DNA from: a bacterium | GTDB lineage: Bacteria; DUMJ01 | Length of the DNA stretch: 64,000 bases | Assembly (NCBI GenBank): GCA_012839925.1 | Contig: DUMJ01000083.1 | Location: 3,116-67,115, forward strand | Reading direction: 5' to 3' | Shown here: positions 52,843-61,389 of the stretch, one piece after another | Layout of the letters: every line of letters begins with the position of its first letter | Numbering within the stretch: position 1 is the first letter of the stretch | The notes under the pieces: generated by a model | Database searches by the model: none | What the model was told of the DNA's origin: nothing | What the model saw: only the letters and a program-made list of their open reading frames with translations | Translations under genes and position numbers: made by a program

Positions 52843-53858
52843 AAAGAAGACTATTCTCAGCTACTGAAGAAGAGATAATTAATGGGGAAACAGCTGATGT
52901 ATATTTTGAAAGAACATATAAAGTCCTAGAATCTATAGGGGAACTTGATACCCCTGTAATCGGAGAGATATTCGCCAGGAGAGGGGCATACCTTGGAGGA
53001 GTAAGAGAAGCATTGAATCTTTTTGAGGGAAGGAAGATCCGGGTATACTCTCTGGAAGAAGGAGAACCATTCAAAGAGAAAGAAGTAATTATGAGGATAG
53101 AAGGTCCATATGGAGAGTTTGGGATATATGAAACCGCGATACTTGGAATTCTGGCATCTTCTACAGGCTGGGTAACAGCAGCAAGAGAATGTAAGGAGGC
53201 CAGTAATGGAAAACCAGTCCTCTCATTTGGAGCCAGACATCTGCATCCTGCAATAGCTTCAGTAATGGATAGGGCAGCAATCATTGGTGGAGCTGATGGT
53301 GTAAGTTCTATACTTGGAGGAGAACTGGTTGGAATAATTCCATCTGGAACAATGCCACATTCTTTAATACTTATTATTGGAGACACAGTGGAAGCAGCAA
53401 GGGCATTCCATATGGTACATCCAGAGATATCTCTAATTGTACTTGTAGATACATTCAGGGATGAGGCGGAAGAGGCTATAAGGGTAGCCAGAGAGTTTGG
53501 CAGGTCTCTATATGGTATCAGGCTTGATACACCTGGAGAAAGAGGAGGAGTAACACCTGAACTGGTATACGAGGTAAAAGCAAGGCTTACTCAGGAGGGA
53601 TTTGGTCATGTAAAAATAGTTGTCTCCGGTGGTCTGAACCCCGATAGGATAAAACTTCTCTCAGAAGCAGGGGCAGATATCTTTGGAGTGGGGAGCTATA
53701 TATCCGGTGCATCTCCGATTGATATGACATTAGACTTAAAAGTGGTGAGGGGAAAACCAACAGCAAAAAGGGGAAGAATTCCGGGTATCACTCCAAATCA
53801 AAGACTTAAATTGGTCTATGATAACCTGGTGCCGGAAGCCGGGGTCGAACCGGCATGA
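52839..53858 (+). CDS. pncB: Nicotinate phosphoribosyltransferase (short type)
   Basis: TADVYF, SFGARH.HP, GTMPH, LVDTF, IRLDTP, VSGG, FGVG. Confidence 0.88.
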   Translation: MKRRLFSATEEEIINGETADVYFERTYKVLESIGELDTPVIGEIFARRGAYLGGVREALNLFEGRKIRVYSLEEGEPFKEKEVIMRIEGPYGEFGIYETAILGILASSTGWVTAARECKEASNGKPVLSFGARHLHPAIASVMDRAAIIGGADGVSSILGGELVGIIPSGTMPHSLILIIGDTVEAARAFHMVHPEISLIVLVDTFRDEAEEAIRVAREFGRSLYGIRLDTPGERGGVTPELVYEVKARLTQEGFGHVKIVVSGGLNPDRIKLLSEAGADIFGVGSYISGASPIDMTLDLKVVRGKPTAKRGRIPGITPNQRLKLVYDNLVPEAGVEPA

Positions 53859-53915
53859 GCTTAGAAGCTCAGCGGATTTTAAGTCCGCAGCGTCTACCTG
53901 TTCCGCCATTCCGGC
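53827..53915 (-). tRNA. tRNA-Leu(TAA)
   Basis: GCCGGAATGGCGGAACAGGTAGACGCTGCGGAC-TTAAA-ATCCGC, long variable arm, GGTTCGACCCCGGCTTCCGGCACCA. Promoter TTGACA-16-TATAAT at 53955-53928. Confidence 0.97.
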
Positions 53916-53944
53916 ACTCACTAATTTATTATATCAAGAAAGAC

Positions 53945-56503
53945 TCACCTGTCAATAGTCTGAGTCTTATAGTTTTCCCATTCTTCCTCAGAAATCGGTC
54001 TGTTGAAACTTCTCAATTGACTTAACTTAAACCCGTGCTTCTTGGCTAATTCACGGAAATAATCCATAGCTTCCAGGGTAAGATCACTACCTAAACTCAT
54101 ATCTCTATAATCTCTCTCTAATGCGAGCATCATGGTCTCAGACATACAGGCATAAGCCAATCCTCTATCCAACCCGAATCTCCAACCAAGAGATGGTCTT
54201 CCTGGTATCTCTATAATACCTCCATCAATTACAAGTATATCTGGTCTTATCTTCTTTATAGAAGGACTTACATTTGGTGGTCTGGATATATCACATATTA
54301 TAGAATGTCTTCTTACAACATTTGGGTCTATAATCTCTTTAGGGCTATTAGTTGCAGTAACTATTATCTGAGATTCTATAAGAGCAGAATTGATATCTGT
54401 TGTTATTGATATAAAACCGTTCTCTTTTAGTACTTCTAATATACCATTCCAGCTGTCTAAATCATCAGGAGATGGTAATCTTAGACCAGACAGGTATTCC
54501 CCTATACTTCCCTCGTAAGGATTCCATCCGGTTTTCAACAGTTTTGATATATAGATGCAGAGCTCTATACCAACCCTCCTCAACCTTCTTACACTGGACT
54601 TAGGATGAGCCGGATTTCCAACAAGAATTATTCTATGCAGATCTTTACCAAGAAGTATTGCCAGCGCCTTACCTATAGCACCAGTAGCCCCTACAATACT
54701 GGCAGTAGCTTCACTGAGAGGAATTCCTGACTTTTCAGAGGCAAATTTTATAGCATCCACCCCAGCCACCACCGTATAACTATTTCCTGTAGTTAACGGG
54801 ACATACTTACCTTTTAACAGTGTTCCCCCTCTGGTGACTACCGAGGTATACGCCCCCAATCCTACTATTCTTGCCCCTCTGTCAACCGCAAGTTTTATCG
54901 CATCTTCTATGATCTCAAGCATTTCATCTTGAGGGGTTTCTATCATCTGACGTGCTGTATAGGGTATATTGACAAACTCCCCGTAAGCTCTGGCTCCACA
55001 TTGAGAGGTTATTTTAACCTTTCCTATAACAAAAGGTCTAATGATTTCTTTACTTATCTGAGAAAAGAGTTCCAACTTTTCTTCGGGAAGAGCAGAGAGT
55101 GTGGGGTCAAATTCATAATAATTTGCCAGATCTAAGGGGTGTACCAGAAATGCAAAACGACCCTCTTCCTCATCTGGAGATGACATAAGGCTATCATCCC
55201 ACGATTCTCTCTCGAAAGAAGGTATGGTATAATTAGATAACTCTTCTCTCCTTAAATCCAGAATCGGGCGAAGAAGTTCAGGAGTATTCCCTTCATTTAA
55301 TATACTTAAGACATCCCTGAAAGAATTTATAACCTCTTCGCAATCCTTCCATTCAGTTATAAAAGATGGTTCCAATCTAATTACCTTACTATTTCTTAAA
55401 GTTGGAGCCAGTCTAATTTTTTTCTCGTTTAATAAGTAACTGACGATTGGATAAGAGAGGCTATTCTGCTCTGAAAGTATACTTAACATACTCTGAGGAT
55501 AATATTCTCTTTTCATCTCCAATTCCAACCCCAAAAAGTATCCTTTTCCCCTAGCATCTTTTAAGAGTTTTGGAAAATCATCTCTTAATTTTAATAATTC
55601 ATTTAAAAGTCTCTGCCCATTTTCTCTTATCCTGTATATCAGTTCCCTGTTATTTCTGGTAATTATATCTATAACTCTATCAGTAATCTTGCAGGCTATA
55701 TTATTACCAGCGAATGTAGAAAAGTAATTTAAATCAAATCCTCTAGGATAAAATTCCTCTTTAACTAAACAGGCATTCACAGGATAGATACCTCCACCCA
55801 ATACCTTGCCTATAAGCAATATGTCAGGAGTGATACCTTCCTCTTCACAGGCAAATAAAAATCCGGTACGACCTAAGCCTGTCTGAATCTCATCAATGAT
55901 AAAAACTACTCTATATTTCTTACACAACTCACTTACCTGAGTGAGATACCCTTTAGGGGGGATAACAATACCTCCCTCTCCCTGTATCGGCTCCATCATA
56001 ACCCCCGCATATCTTGCTCCACCATTCTTTAACTCCTCTTCCAGTACATCAATATCTCCATAGGGTACATATTTAAATCCATCCTCCTGCATCCCATGAT
56101 ATCCGCCTTCAGCAACAATGATATTTCTCTTCCCAGAGGATAATCTTGCCATCTTTATGGCGATATTGACCGCTTCTGTACCGGAGTTTGTAAACACCAC
56201 ATACTTAAGACCTTCAGGGGCTAAACTTATCAGTTTTTCGGCAACACTCTCCTGAGACTCTGAGATTGAAGCCTGGACAATACTGGGGAGCTTTTCCCCC
56301 TTTATCTCTTCCAGTACCTCCCATATTTCAGGGTAATTAAATCCAAAAGGAACAGCTCCAAAAGAGGAAATAAAATCTAAATAACGATTTCCAACATTAT
56401 CATAGAGATAATTTCCTTCACCATATGTAAAATTTTTATCTAATTTTAATATTCTAAGTTCTCTCTTAATGTATGGATTAATGTAATCTTTAAAATCTTC
56501 CAA
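53945..56503 (-). CDS. Class-III aminotransferase fused to an acyl-ACP-reductase-like (COG5322) domain; TamH-like architecture
   Basis: N-terminal: NSGTEA, EPIQGEGG, DEIQTGLGRTG, GKVLGGG, STFAGN. C-terminal: FAFLVHP, VGLGAYTS, TTGNSYT, VGATGAIG, DISRP, YACMSETM. TTG start with AGGAGG SD. Confidence 0.85.
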   Translation of the reverse strand: MEDFKDYINPYIKRELRILKLDKNFTYGEGNYLYDNVGNRYLDFISSFGAVPFGFNYPEIWEVLEEIKGEKLPSIVQASISESQESVAEKLISLAPEGLKYVVFTNSGTEAVNIAIKMARLSSGKRNIIVAEGGYHGMQEDGFKYVPYGDIDVLEEELKNGGARYAGVMMEPIQGEGGIVIPPKGYLTQVSELCKKYRVVFIIDEIQTGLGRTGFLFACEEEGITPDILLIGKVLGGGIYPVNACLVKEEFYPRGFDLNYFSTFAGNNIACKITDRVIDIITRNNRELIYRIRENGQRLLNELLKLRDDFPKLLKDARGKGYFLGLELEMKREYYPQSMLSILSEQNSLSYPIVSYLLNEKKIRLAPTLRNSKVIRLEPSFITEWKDCEEVINSFRDVLSILNEGNTPELLRPILDLRREELSNYTIPSFERESWDDSLMSSPDEEEGRFAFLVHPLDLANYYEFDPTLSALPEEKLELFSQISKEIIRPFVIGKVKITSQCGARAYGEFVNIPYTARQMIETPQDEMLEIIEDAIKLAVDRGARIVGLGAYTSVVTRGGTLLKGKYVPLTTGNSYTVVAGVDAIKFASEKSGIPLSEATASIVGATGAIGKALAILLGKDLHRIILVGNPAHPKSSVRRLRRVGIELCIYISKLLKTGWNPYEGSIGEYLSGLRLPSPDDLDSWNGILEVLKENGFISITTDINSALIESQIIVTATNSPKEIIDPNVVRRHSIICDISRPPNVSPSIKKIRPDILVIDGGIIEIPGRPSLGWRFGLDRGLAYACMSETMMLALERDYRDMSLGSDLTLEAMDYFRELAKKHGFKLSQLRSFNRPISEEEWENYKTQTIDR

Positions 56504-56590
56504 TCTTTTTCCTCCTGTAATAACTTAATCTTTTCTATTTTATCAGAACTGACATCTCAATACAAATGTTGTTATGGTATAATAAGTGGT

Positions 56591-57484
56591 ATGGAGACCC
56601 TTGTAAGCGTAATAATCCCTACGAGAAACAGAAGGACAATTATCGGTAAGTGTATAGAATGTATATTAAATCAGACCTATCGTTCCTATGAGGTTATAGT
56701 GATAGACGATGGGAGTGAAGATGGTACAGAAGATACTCTTGATAAATTTTCCAGCAATGATAACTTTAAATACATAAAGCTTGGAGAGAGGAAGGGACCA
56801 GCCTACTGCAGAAATCTCGGAGTAAGAGAGAGTAATGGGAAGATACTTATCTTCATAGATAGTGACATTTTCGTTTTACCAGACTTTATAGAAAGTCATA
56901 TTGAAACTCATAGAAATCATCCCGAGGGAATAGTCGGTGTTGGTCCTGTCATCGCTATTTCCAAGATAGATGAAAAATTACCTGAAAAGGGCTCGGTATT
57001 AGATTTTTCTAACGCTTACTTTGCCTCAGGTAACGCCTCTTTATCAAGAGACATATATCTAAAGGTTAGAGGATTCGACGAGGTCTTCAATGTATACGGC
57101 TGGGAAGATATAGACTTTGGGCTAAAATTAAAGAGTCTTGGCATAAAATCTGTTAAGGTCCCCAGGGCTATAGGATACCATTATCAGCCTCTCCCCAAAG
57201 AGGAAGATATTGATTCGCTTATAGAGAAGGAGCGGGAAAGGGCTAGAACGGCTCTCTATCTATATAAAAAATATCCAACCCTGGAAGTAAAGCTTATGAT
57301 ACAGCTCAGCTCTTTCCATAGGATACTGAATAGATTTCTTACTGGATTTGGATATATAGATAAAAAAAGGGTAATCAGAATTCTCAATTCTAACAGGAGT
57401 TATAACATAAAAAGACTTGTTCTTACAGTATTTCTAACCAGGGTATACCTTGACGCCCTGGAGAAAGAGTTAAAAGTTCTATAA
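56591..57484 (+). CDS. Glycosyltransferase family 2
   Basis: SVIIPTRN, VIDDGS.DGT, RN.G, FIDSD, GFDE.F..YGWED; extended -10 TGG-TATAAT 7 nt before ATG. Confidence 0.92.
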   Translation: METLVSVIIPTRNRRTIIGKCIECILNQTYRSYEVIVIDDGSEDGTEDTLDKFSSNDNFKYIKLGERKGPAYCRNLGVRESNGKILIFIDSDIFVLPDFIESHIETHRNHPEGIVGVGPVIAISKIDEKLPEKGSVLDFSNAYFASGNASLSRDIYLKVRGFDEVFNVYGWEDIDFGLKLKSLGIKSVKVPRAIGYHYQPLPKEEDIDSLIEKERERARTALYLYKKYPTLEVKLMIQLSSFHRILNRFLTGFGYIDKKRVIRILNSNRSYNIKRLVLTVFLTRVYLDALEKELKVL

Positions 57485-57489
57485 CTAAA

Positions 57490-57512
57490 GGGCAGGATTA
57501 TCTATCCTGCCC
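57490..57512. terminator. Hairpin between convergent GT2 and TPR genes
   Basis: GGGCAGGAT-TATCT-ATCCTGCCC. Confidence 0.65.
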
Positions 57513-57523
57513 CAAGCTTCATA

Positions 57524-58054
57524 TTACTCTGTCCCTTCTTCTTCATAAGACTTAAGATAATCTATACTCCACTGGGCGCTTTCAGCCAGGTCACTGTCCG
57601 GATACTCATCAATCAGTTTCTGATATTCATTTATAGCCTCTTCATACTTCTCGAGATACTCATAGGAAGAAGCTATGTCATATTGAGCGTCATCAGCCCA
57701 TTCACTATCAGGATATTGTTCCAGAAATGCCCTGTACTCTTCTATAGCCTTTTCGTATTCTCCTTCATAGTACAAATCACGAATACGATTATACTCGGCT
57801 TCGTCAGGAGCCATCTCTGCAGCAGCTTCGGTTTCTTCAGCCACCTCTTCTGTCTCGGTAACCTCCTCAGTCACCTCTTCTGTCTCGGTAGCCTCTTCAG
57901 TTCCTACAAATTCTTCAGTCACTTCCTCTGCAGTTTCAGTGGTAACTTCTTGCTCCTCCGGTCCTCCGCCTGTAGATACAGCTATTATTATAGCTATTAC
58001 TACCACGGCTACTACCAAATATGGTAGCCACTTAGGAAGATTACGTTTTTCCAT
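57524..58054 (-). CDS. Membrane-anchored, highly acidic TPR protein (CpoB/YbgF/BamD-like repeats)
   Basis: TM helix, E/T-rich linker, two TPR-like units (AIEEY..FLEQYPDS..ADDAQY; AINEY..LIDEYPDS.LAESAQ); AAGGAGG SD. Confidence 0.8.
   Translation of the reverse strand: MEKRNLPKWLPYLVVAVVVIAIIIAVSTGGGPEEQEVTTETAEEVTEEFVGTEEATETEEVTEEVTETEEVAEETEAAAEMAPDEAEYNRIRDLYYEGEYEKAIEEYRAFLEQYPDSEWADDAQYDIASSYEYLEKYEEAINEYQKLIDEYPDSDLAESAQWSIDYLKSYEEEGTE
57838..57897. repeat. Imperfect 30-bp tandem repeat encoding the TETEEV linker
   Basis: CACCTCTTCTGTCTCGGTA at 57842 and 57872. Confidence 0.8.
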
Positions 58055-58217
58055 TCTACATACCTCCTTTTTCAGTTATTATTAATCCTGTTTGATTTTA
58101 GCCTCTGATAATTAATATGAAGAAACAGATCAAATAGTTCGCAGATCCATATGGACTTTTCAAATGGAAGATAAATTCTATATAATAGAGTTAAATTAAA
58201 CAAGTCAGGAGGTTATT

Positions 58218-58700
58218 ATGAATAAGAACTACTCTATAGAAGAGATACTGGAGATAGCTGTAAAGATAGAGGAGAATGGAGTTTTGTTCTACAGAACTTT
58301 AGCTGAACAGACCAGAGATAAAAGGATCGAAGAACTCTTCAGATTCCTTGAGGGAGAAGAAAGGGAACATATCTCGGTATTCAAAAACATATATGAGAAT
58401 CTCACCAAAAAGACCTTTGAGAAGGCTTTTTCTGAAGAAGAGGCAAATATGTATTTGCATGCCCTGATAGAGAATAGGATCTTCAAAAAACCAGAAGAAA
58501 TTATATCCACTGTTAGTAGAAACGATGGACTATCTGCAGTGGATATAGCTATTCAGGTAGAGAAAGATACCATTCTATACTACTATGAGATTCTGGAAAA
58601 CCTGACAGGGAAAGAGAAAGACCTGGTAAAGGAACTTATAAACCAGGAAAAAACTCATGTATACAGGCTTACAACCCTCAAAAATACTTTAAGGGGCTAG
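58218..58700 (+). CDS. Rubrerythrin/ferritin-like di-iron protein
   Basis: AVKIEENG..FY, EEREH, A...EKD...YY, QEKTH. Confidence 0.85.
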   Translation: MNKNYSIEEILEIAVKIEENGVLFYRTLAEQTRDKRIEELFRFLEGEEREHISVFKNIYENLTKKTFEKAFSEEEANMYLHALIENRIFKKPEEIISTVSRNDGLSAVDIAIQVEKDTILYYYEILENLTGKEKDLVKELINQEKTHVYRLTTLKNTLRG

Positions 58701-58714
58701 AAATCTAGCCCCTT
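58691..58714. terminator. Bidirectional terminator hairpin
   Basis: AAGGGGCTAGA-AA-TCTAGCCCCTT between convergent genes. Confidence 0.7.
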
Positions 58715-58721
58715 ATGAACT

Positions 58722-59375
58722 CTATATCTCAGGATTAGGAACTTTCTTCCAATCTTCCAGGAATCTCTTCAAGCCTATATCGGTAAGTGGATGGTGGAAG
58801 AGTTGCTCAAGTACCTTGAATGGAGCAGTAACTATATGCGCTCCTAATCTTGCCGCCTGTAGTATATGGATAGGATGCCTTACACTTGCCACTATTACCT
58901 CTGTCTTATAACCATAGTTATTGAAAATGGTAAGTATATCTTCTACTACCTGCATCCCCTCAGTGGAAATGTCATCCCATCTACCAATAAATGGGCTTAC
59001 ATAACCTGCTCCAGCCTTGGCTGCAATTAATGCCTGTGTTGGGGAGAAAGTAAGCGTAACATTTGTCTTCACTCCCCTATTAGATAACTCTTTCACCGCC
59101 ATAATACCCTCTGGGGTCATGGGAATTTTAACCACCACATTGGGAGCTAAACTAGATAACTTTATAGCCTCTTTGATCATACCATCTGCTTCTGTACTTA
59201 TAACTTCAAGGTTCACCGGTCCGTCAACAGTATTCAATATCTCCATCACAACTTCTTTAAACGGTCTATTCTCTCTAGAAATTATTGTCGGATTGGTGGT
59301 TACACCATCCAGCAGCCCCCACTTTTTTATCTGTCTTATCTCTTCTATATTAGCTGTATCAGCAAAGAATTTCAT
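58722..59375 (-). CDS. tal: Transaldolase (short TalC/FSA family)
   Basis: DTAN, GVTTNP, VVKIP, TNVTL.FS, SPFIGR, ASVR. Glu (NLEV) and Phe (TFS) are the transaldolase-type residues. Confidence 0.92.
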   Translation of the reverse strand: MKFFADTANIEEIRQIKKWGLLDGVTTNPTIISRENRPFKEVVMEILNTVDGPVNLEVISTEADGMIKEAIKLSSLAPNVVVKIPMTPEGIMAVKELSNRGVKTNVTLTFSPTQALIAAKAGAGYVSPFIGRWDDISTEGMQVVEDILTIFNNYGYKTEVIVASVRHPIHILQAARLGAHIVTAPFKVLEQLFHHPLTDIGLKRFLEDWKKVPNPEI

Positions 59376-59379
59376 AATA

Positions 59380-60078
59380 TCAACCTCCTAAGTAAGCTTT
59401 TTTTACAGCATCATTATTTAACAGTTCTTTCCCTGTACCTTCCATAACCACTCTACCCGTCTCAATTACATAAGCCCTGTGAGCAATCTGAAGCGCCATA
59501 TAAGCATTCTGCTCGACAAGAAGGATAGTAACTCCCTGTCCATTTATCTCCTTAATAGTCTCGAAGATATTAAGCACTAAAAGAGGGGCAAGTCCCAGAG
59601 ACGGTTCGTCCAGTAATATTACTCTCGGCTTTCCCATAAGGGCACGGGATATAGCCAGCATCTGCTGTTCTCCACCACTCAATGTTCCTGCCTTCTGCTT
59701 CTGCCTTTCCTTCAACCTCGGGAACAGGGAGAATACCCAGTCCAGTTCTCTAGATATATCGTCTCTTCTCAGATAAGCCCCCATAAGAAGATTTTCCATA
59801 ACTGTAAGATTACTAAATACTCTTCTACCCTCTGGTACCTGTAAAATACCCAACCCTGCTATTTCATTTGGAGCCATCCTGGTTAAATCCTGACCATCAA
59901 AAGTAATGGTCCCCTTTTTAGGTCTGATAAGTCCAGATATCGTTCTAAGGGTAGTTGTCTTCCCTGCCCCGTTTGCACCTATAAGTGTCACAATCTCTCC
60001 GTCATTTACCGTTAAAGATACCTCTTTCAGAGCTCTTATGACACCGTAATATACATCTATCCCTTCTATCTTAAGCAT
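59380..60078 (-). CDS. livF: Branched-chain amino acid ABC transporter ATPase (LivF-like)
   Basis: [43 protein letters not shown]. Confidence 0.93.
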   Translation of the reverse strand: MLKIEGIDVYYGVIRALKEVSLTVNDGEIVTLIGANGAGKTTTLRTISGLIRPKKGTITFDGQDLTRMAPNEIAGLGILQVPEGRRVFSNLTVMENLLMGAYLRRDDISRELDWVFSLFPRLKERQKQKAGTLSGGEQQMLAISRALMGKPRVILLDEPSLGLAPLLVLNIFETIKEINGQGVTILLVEQNAYMALQIAHRAYVIETGRVVMEGTGKELLNNDAVKKAYLGG

Positions 60079-61389
60079 CTATCTGGTCACTCCTGTAAAA
60101 TGGAAATTACCAAGTTTTAAGGCTGGCACTAAAGTGGGATATATAAAATATTCTCCAGCTATATGTAAATCTTTTCCCACAGCTTCGGTAGAGTTTAAAG
60201 CCTCCAGTATACTCTGGGTAAACCTCATATTCTTCACCGGTCTGGTGATCTCCCCATCCTCTATAAGAAACGTACCATCTCTTGTCATCCCAGTAATTAT
60301 AGTTTTAACAGGGTCTACCATATTAGTATAGTGGAATCTTGTAACCAGAATACCTTTTTTAGTAGAAGCTATCATATCCTCTAAGGTATTATCCCCGGGT
60401 AAGAGCGTAAGGTTAAATGGAAGCGGACCGTCTGTACTTGGTTGTGGAAGGGCATTCCCGGTTGAAGTTTTCCCTTCTTTCTTAGCATATTTAAAATCAT
60501 AGACAAGATTCCTGGCAATCCCTCCTTCAATAAGGATAACATCCTGTCTGGGTAGACCTTCAAAGTCGAAAGGAAGGCTGATAGTCTTAGAATGGGATGG
60601 ATAATCCCATATATTTATCAGTTCTGATGCTATCTTTTCACTCAGTTTTCCAACGAGAAAACTCCTCCCTTCTTCAAATTGCTTGGCACCGAAACCCATA
60701 AGGCCTAAAAAAGAAACCAGTGTACCTGCAGCCTGTGGTTCCAGTATCACCGTATAATATCCAGGAGAAAGTTCTACAGGATTTTGCCCATTTCTTGCCT
60801 TATTGCTTGCTATCTTAGCAAGAGATATAAAATCTATACTATCCAGGTCCTTTTCCATATCGTATACATAACCACTTGAATCTCCATCCTGAACCACAGC
60901 TTCCAAAGAACACATCGAAACACTATCTTCAACACTTATTCCGTTTGAATTTACTATGGCAACAGTGGTATCTGTTAATTCTAACGCACCTGAGGCGTTC
61001 AATCCATCGGTAGCCTCTATAAAATCAATAACTTTTTGGGCTAACTTTTCAGGATCTGTTTCTTTCTGTACAGTATCTTTCTTAGACCTGATAGGGAGGG
61101 GTCTGGGAAGTCCGTAATAATCAGGATCAGGTGGAGTCAGTTTAGCTATACTTATAGCCCTCTCCAGTGCTTCATCCAGAGCGTCGGTCGAAAGCTGATT
61201 TATCGATACCTTCCCGGTTCTATTATCAACAATCACCCTTATGGACAGGTCAATATCATCTACTGAGACATTCTGATGTATATAAGAATTAGCAAATCTT
61301 GTAAGTGTCCGATTGGTATGTACAAGTAGGACCTCAGTACCTATCCTCCTAGCTTTTTCAAGGACATGCATTAATATCTCACCGTACAT
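60079..61389 (-). CDS. TldE/PmbA family protein
   Basis: TRFANS.IHQN, Y.VILEP.A, PFD.EG, TGMTRDG; adjacent to TldD. Confidence 0.88.
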   Translation of the reverse strand: MYGEILMHVLEKARRIGTEVLLVHTNRTLTRFANSYIHQNVSVDDIDLSIRVIVDNRTGKVSINQLSTDALDEALERAISIAKLTPPDPDYYGLPRPLPIRSKKDTVQKETDPEKLAQKVIDFIEATDGLNASGALELTDTTVAIVNSNGISVEDSVSMCSLEAVVQDGDSSGYVYDMEKDLDSIDFISLAKIASNKARNGQNPVELSPGYYTVILEPQAAGTLVSFLGLMGFGAKQFEEGRSFLVGKLSEKIASELINIWDYPSHSKTISLPFDFEGLPRQDVILIEGGIARNLVYDFKYAKKEGKTSTGNALPQPSTDGPLPFNLTLLPGDNTLEDMIASTKKGILVTRFHYTNMVDPVKTIITGMTRDGTFLIEDGEITRPVKNMRFTQSILEALNSTEAVGKDLHIAGEYFIYPTLVPALKLGNFHFTGVTR

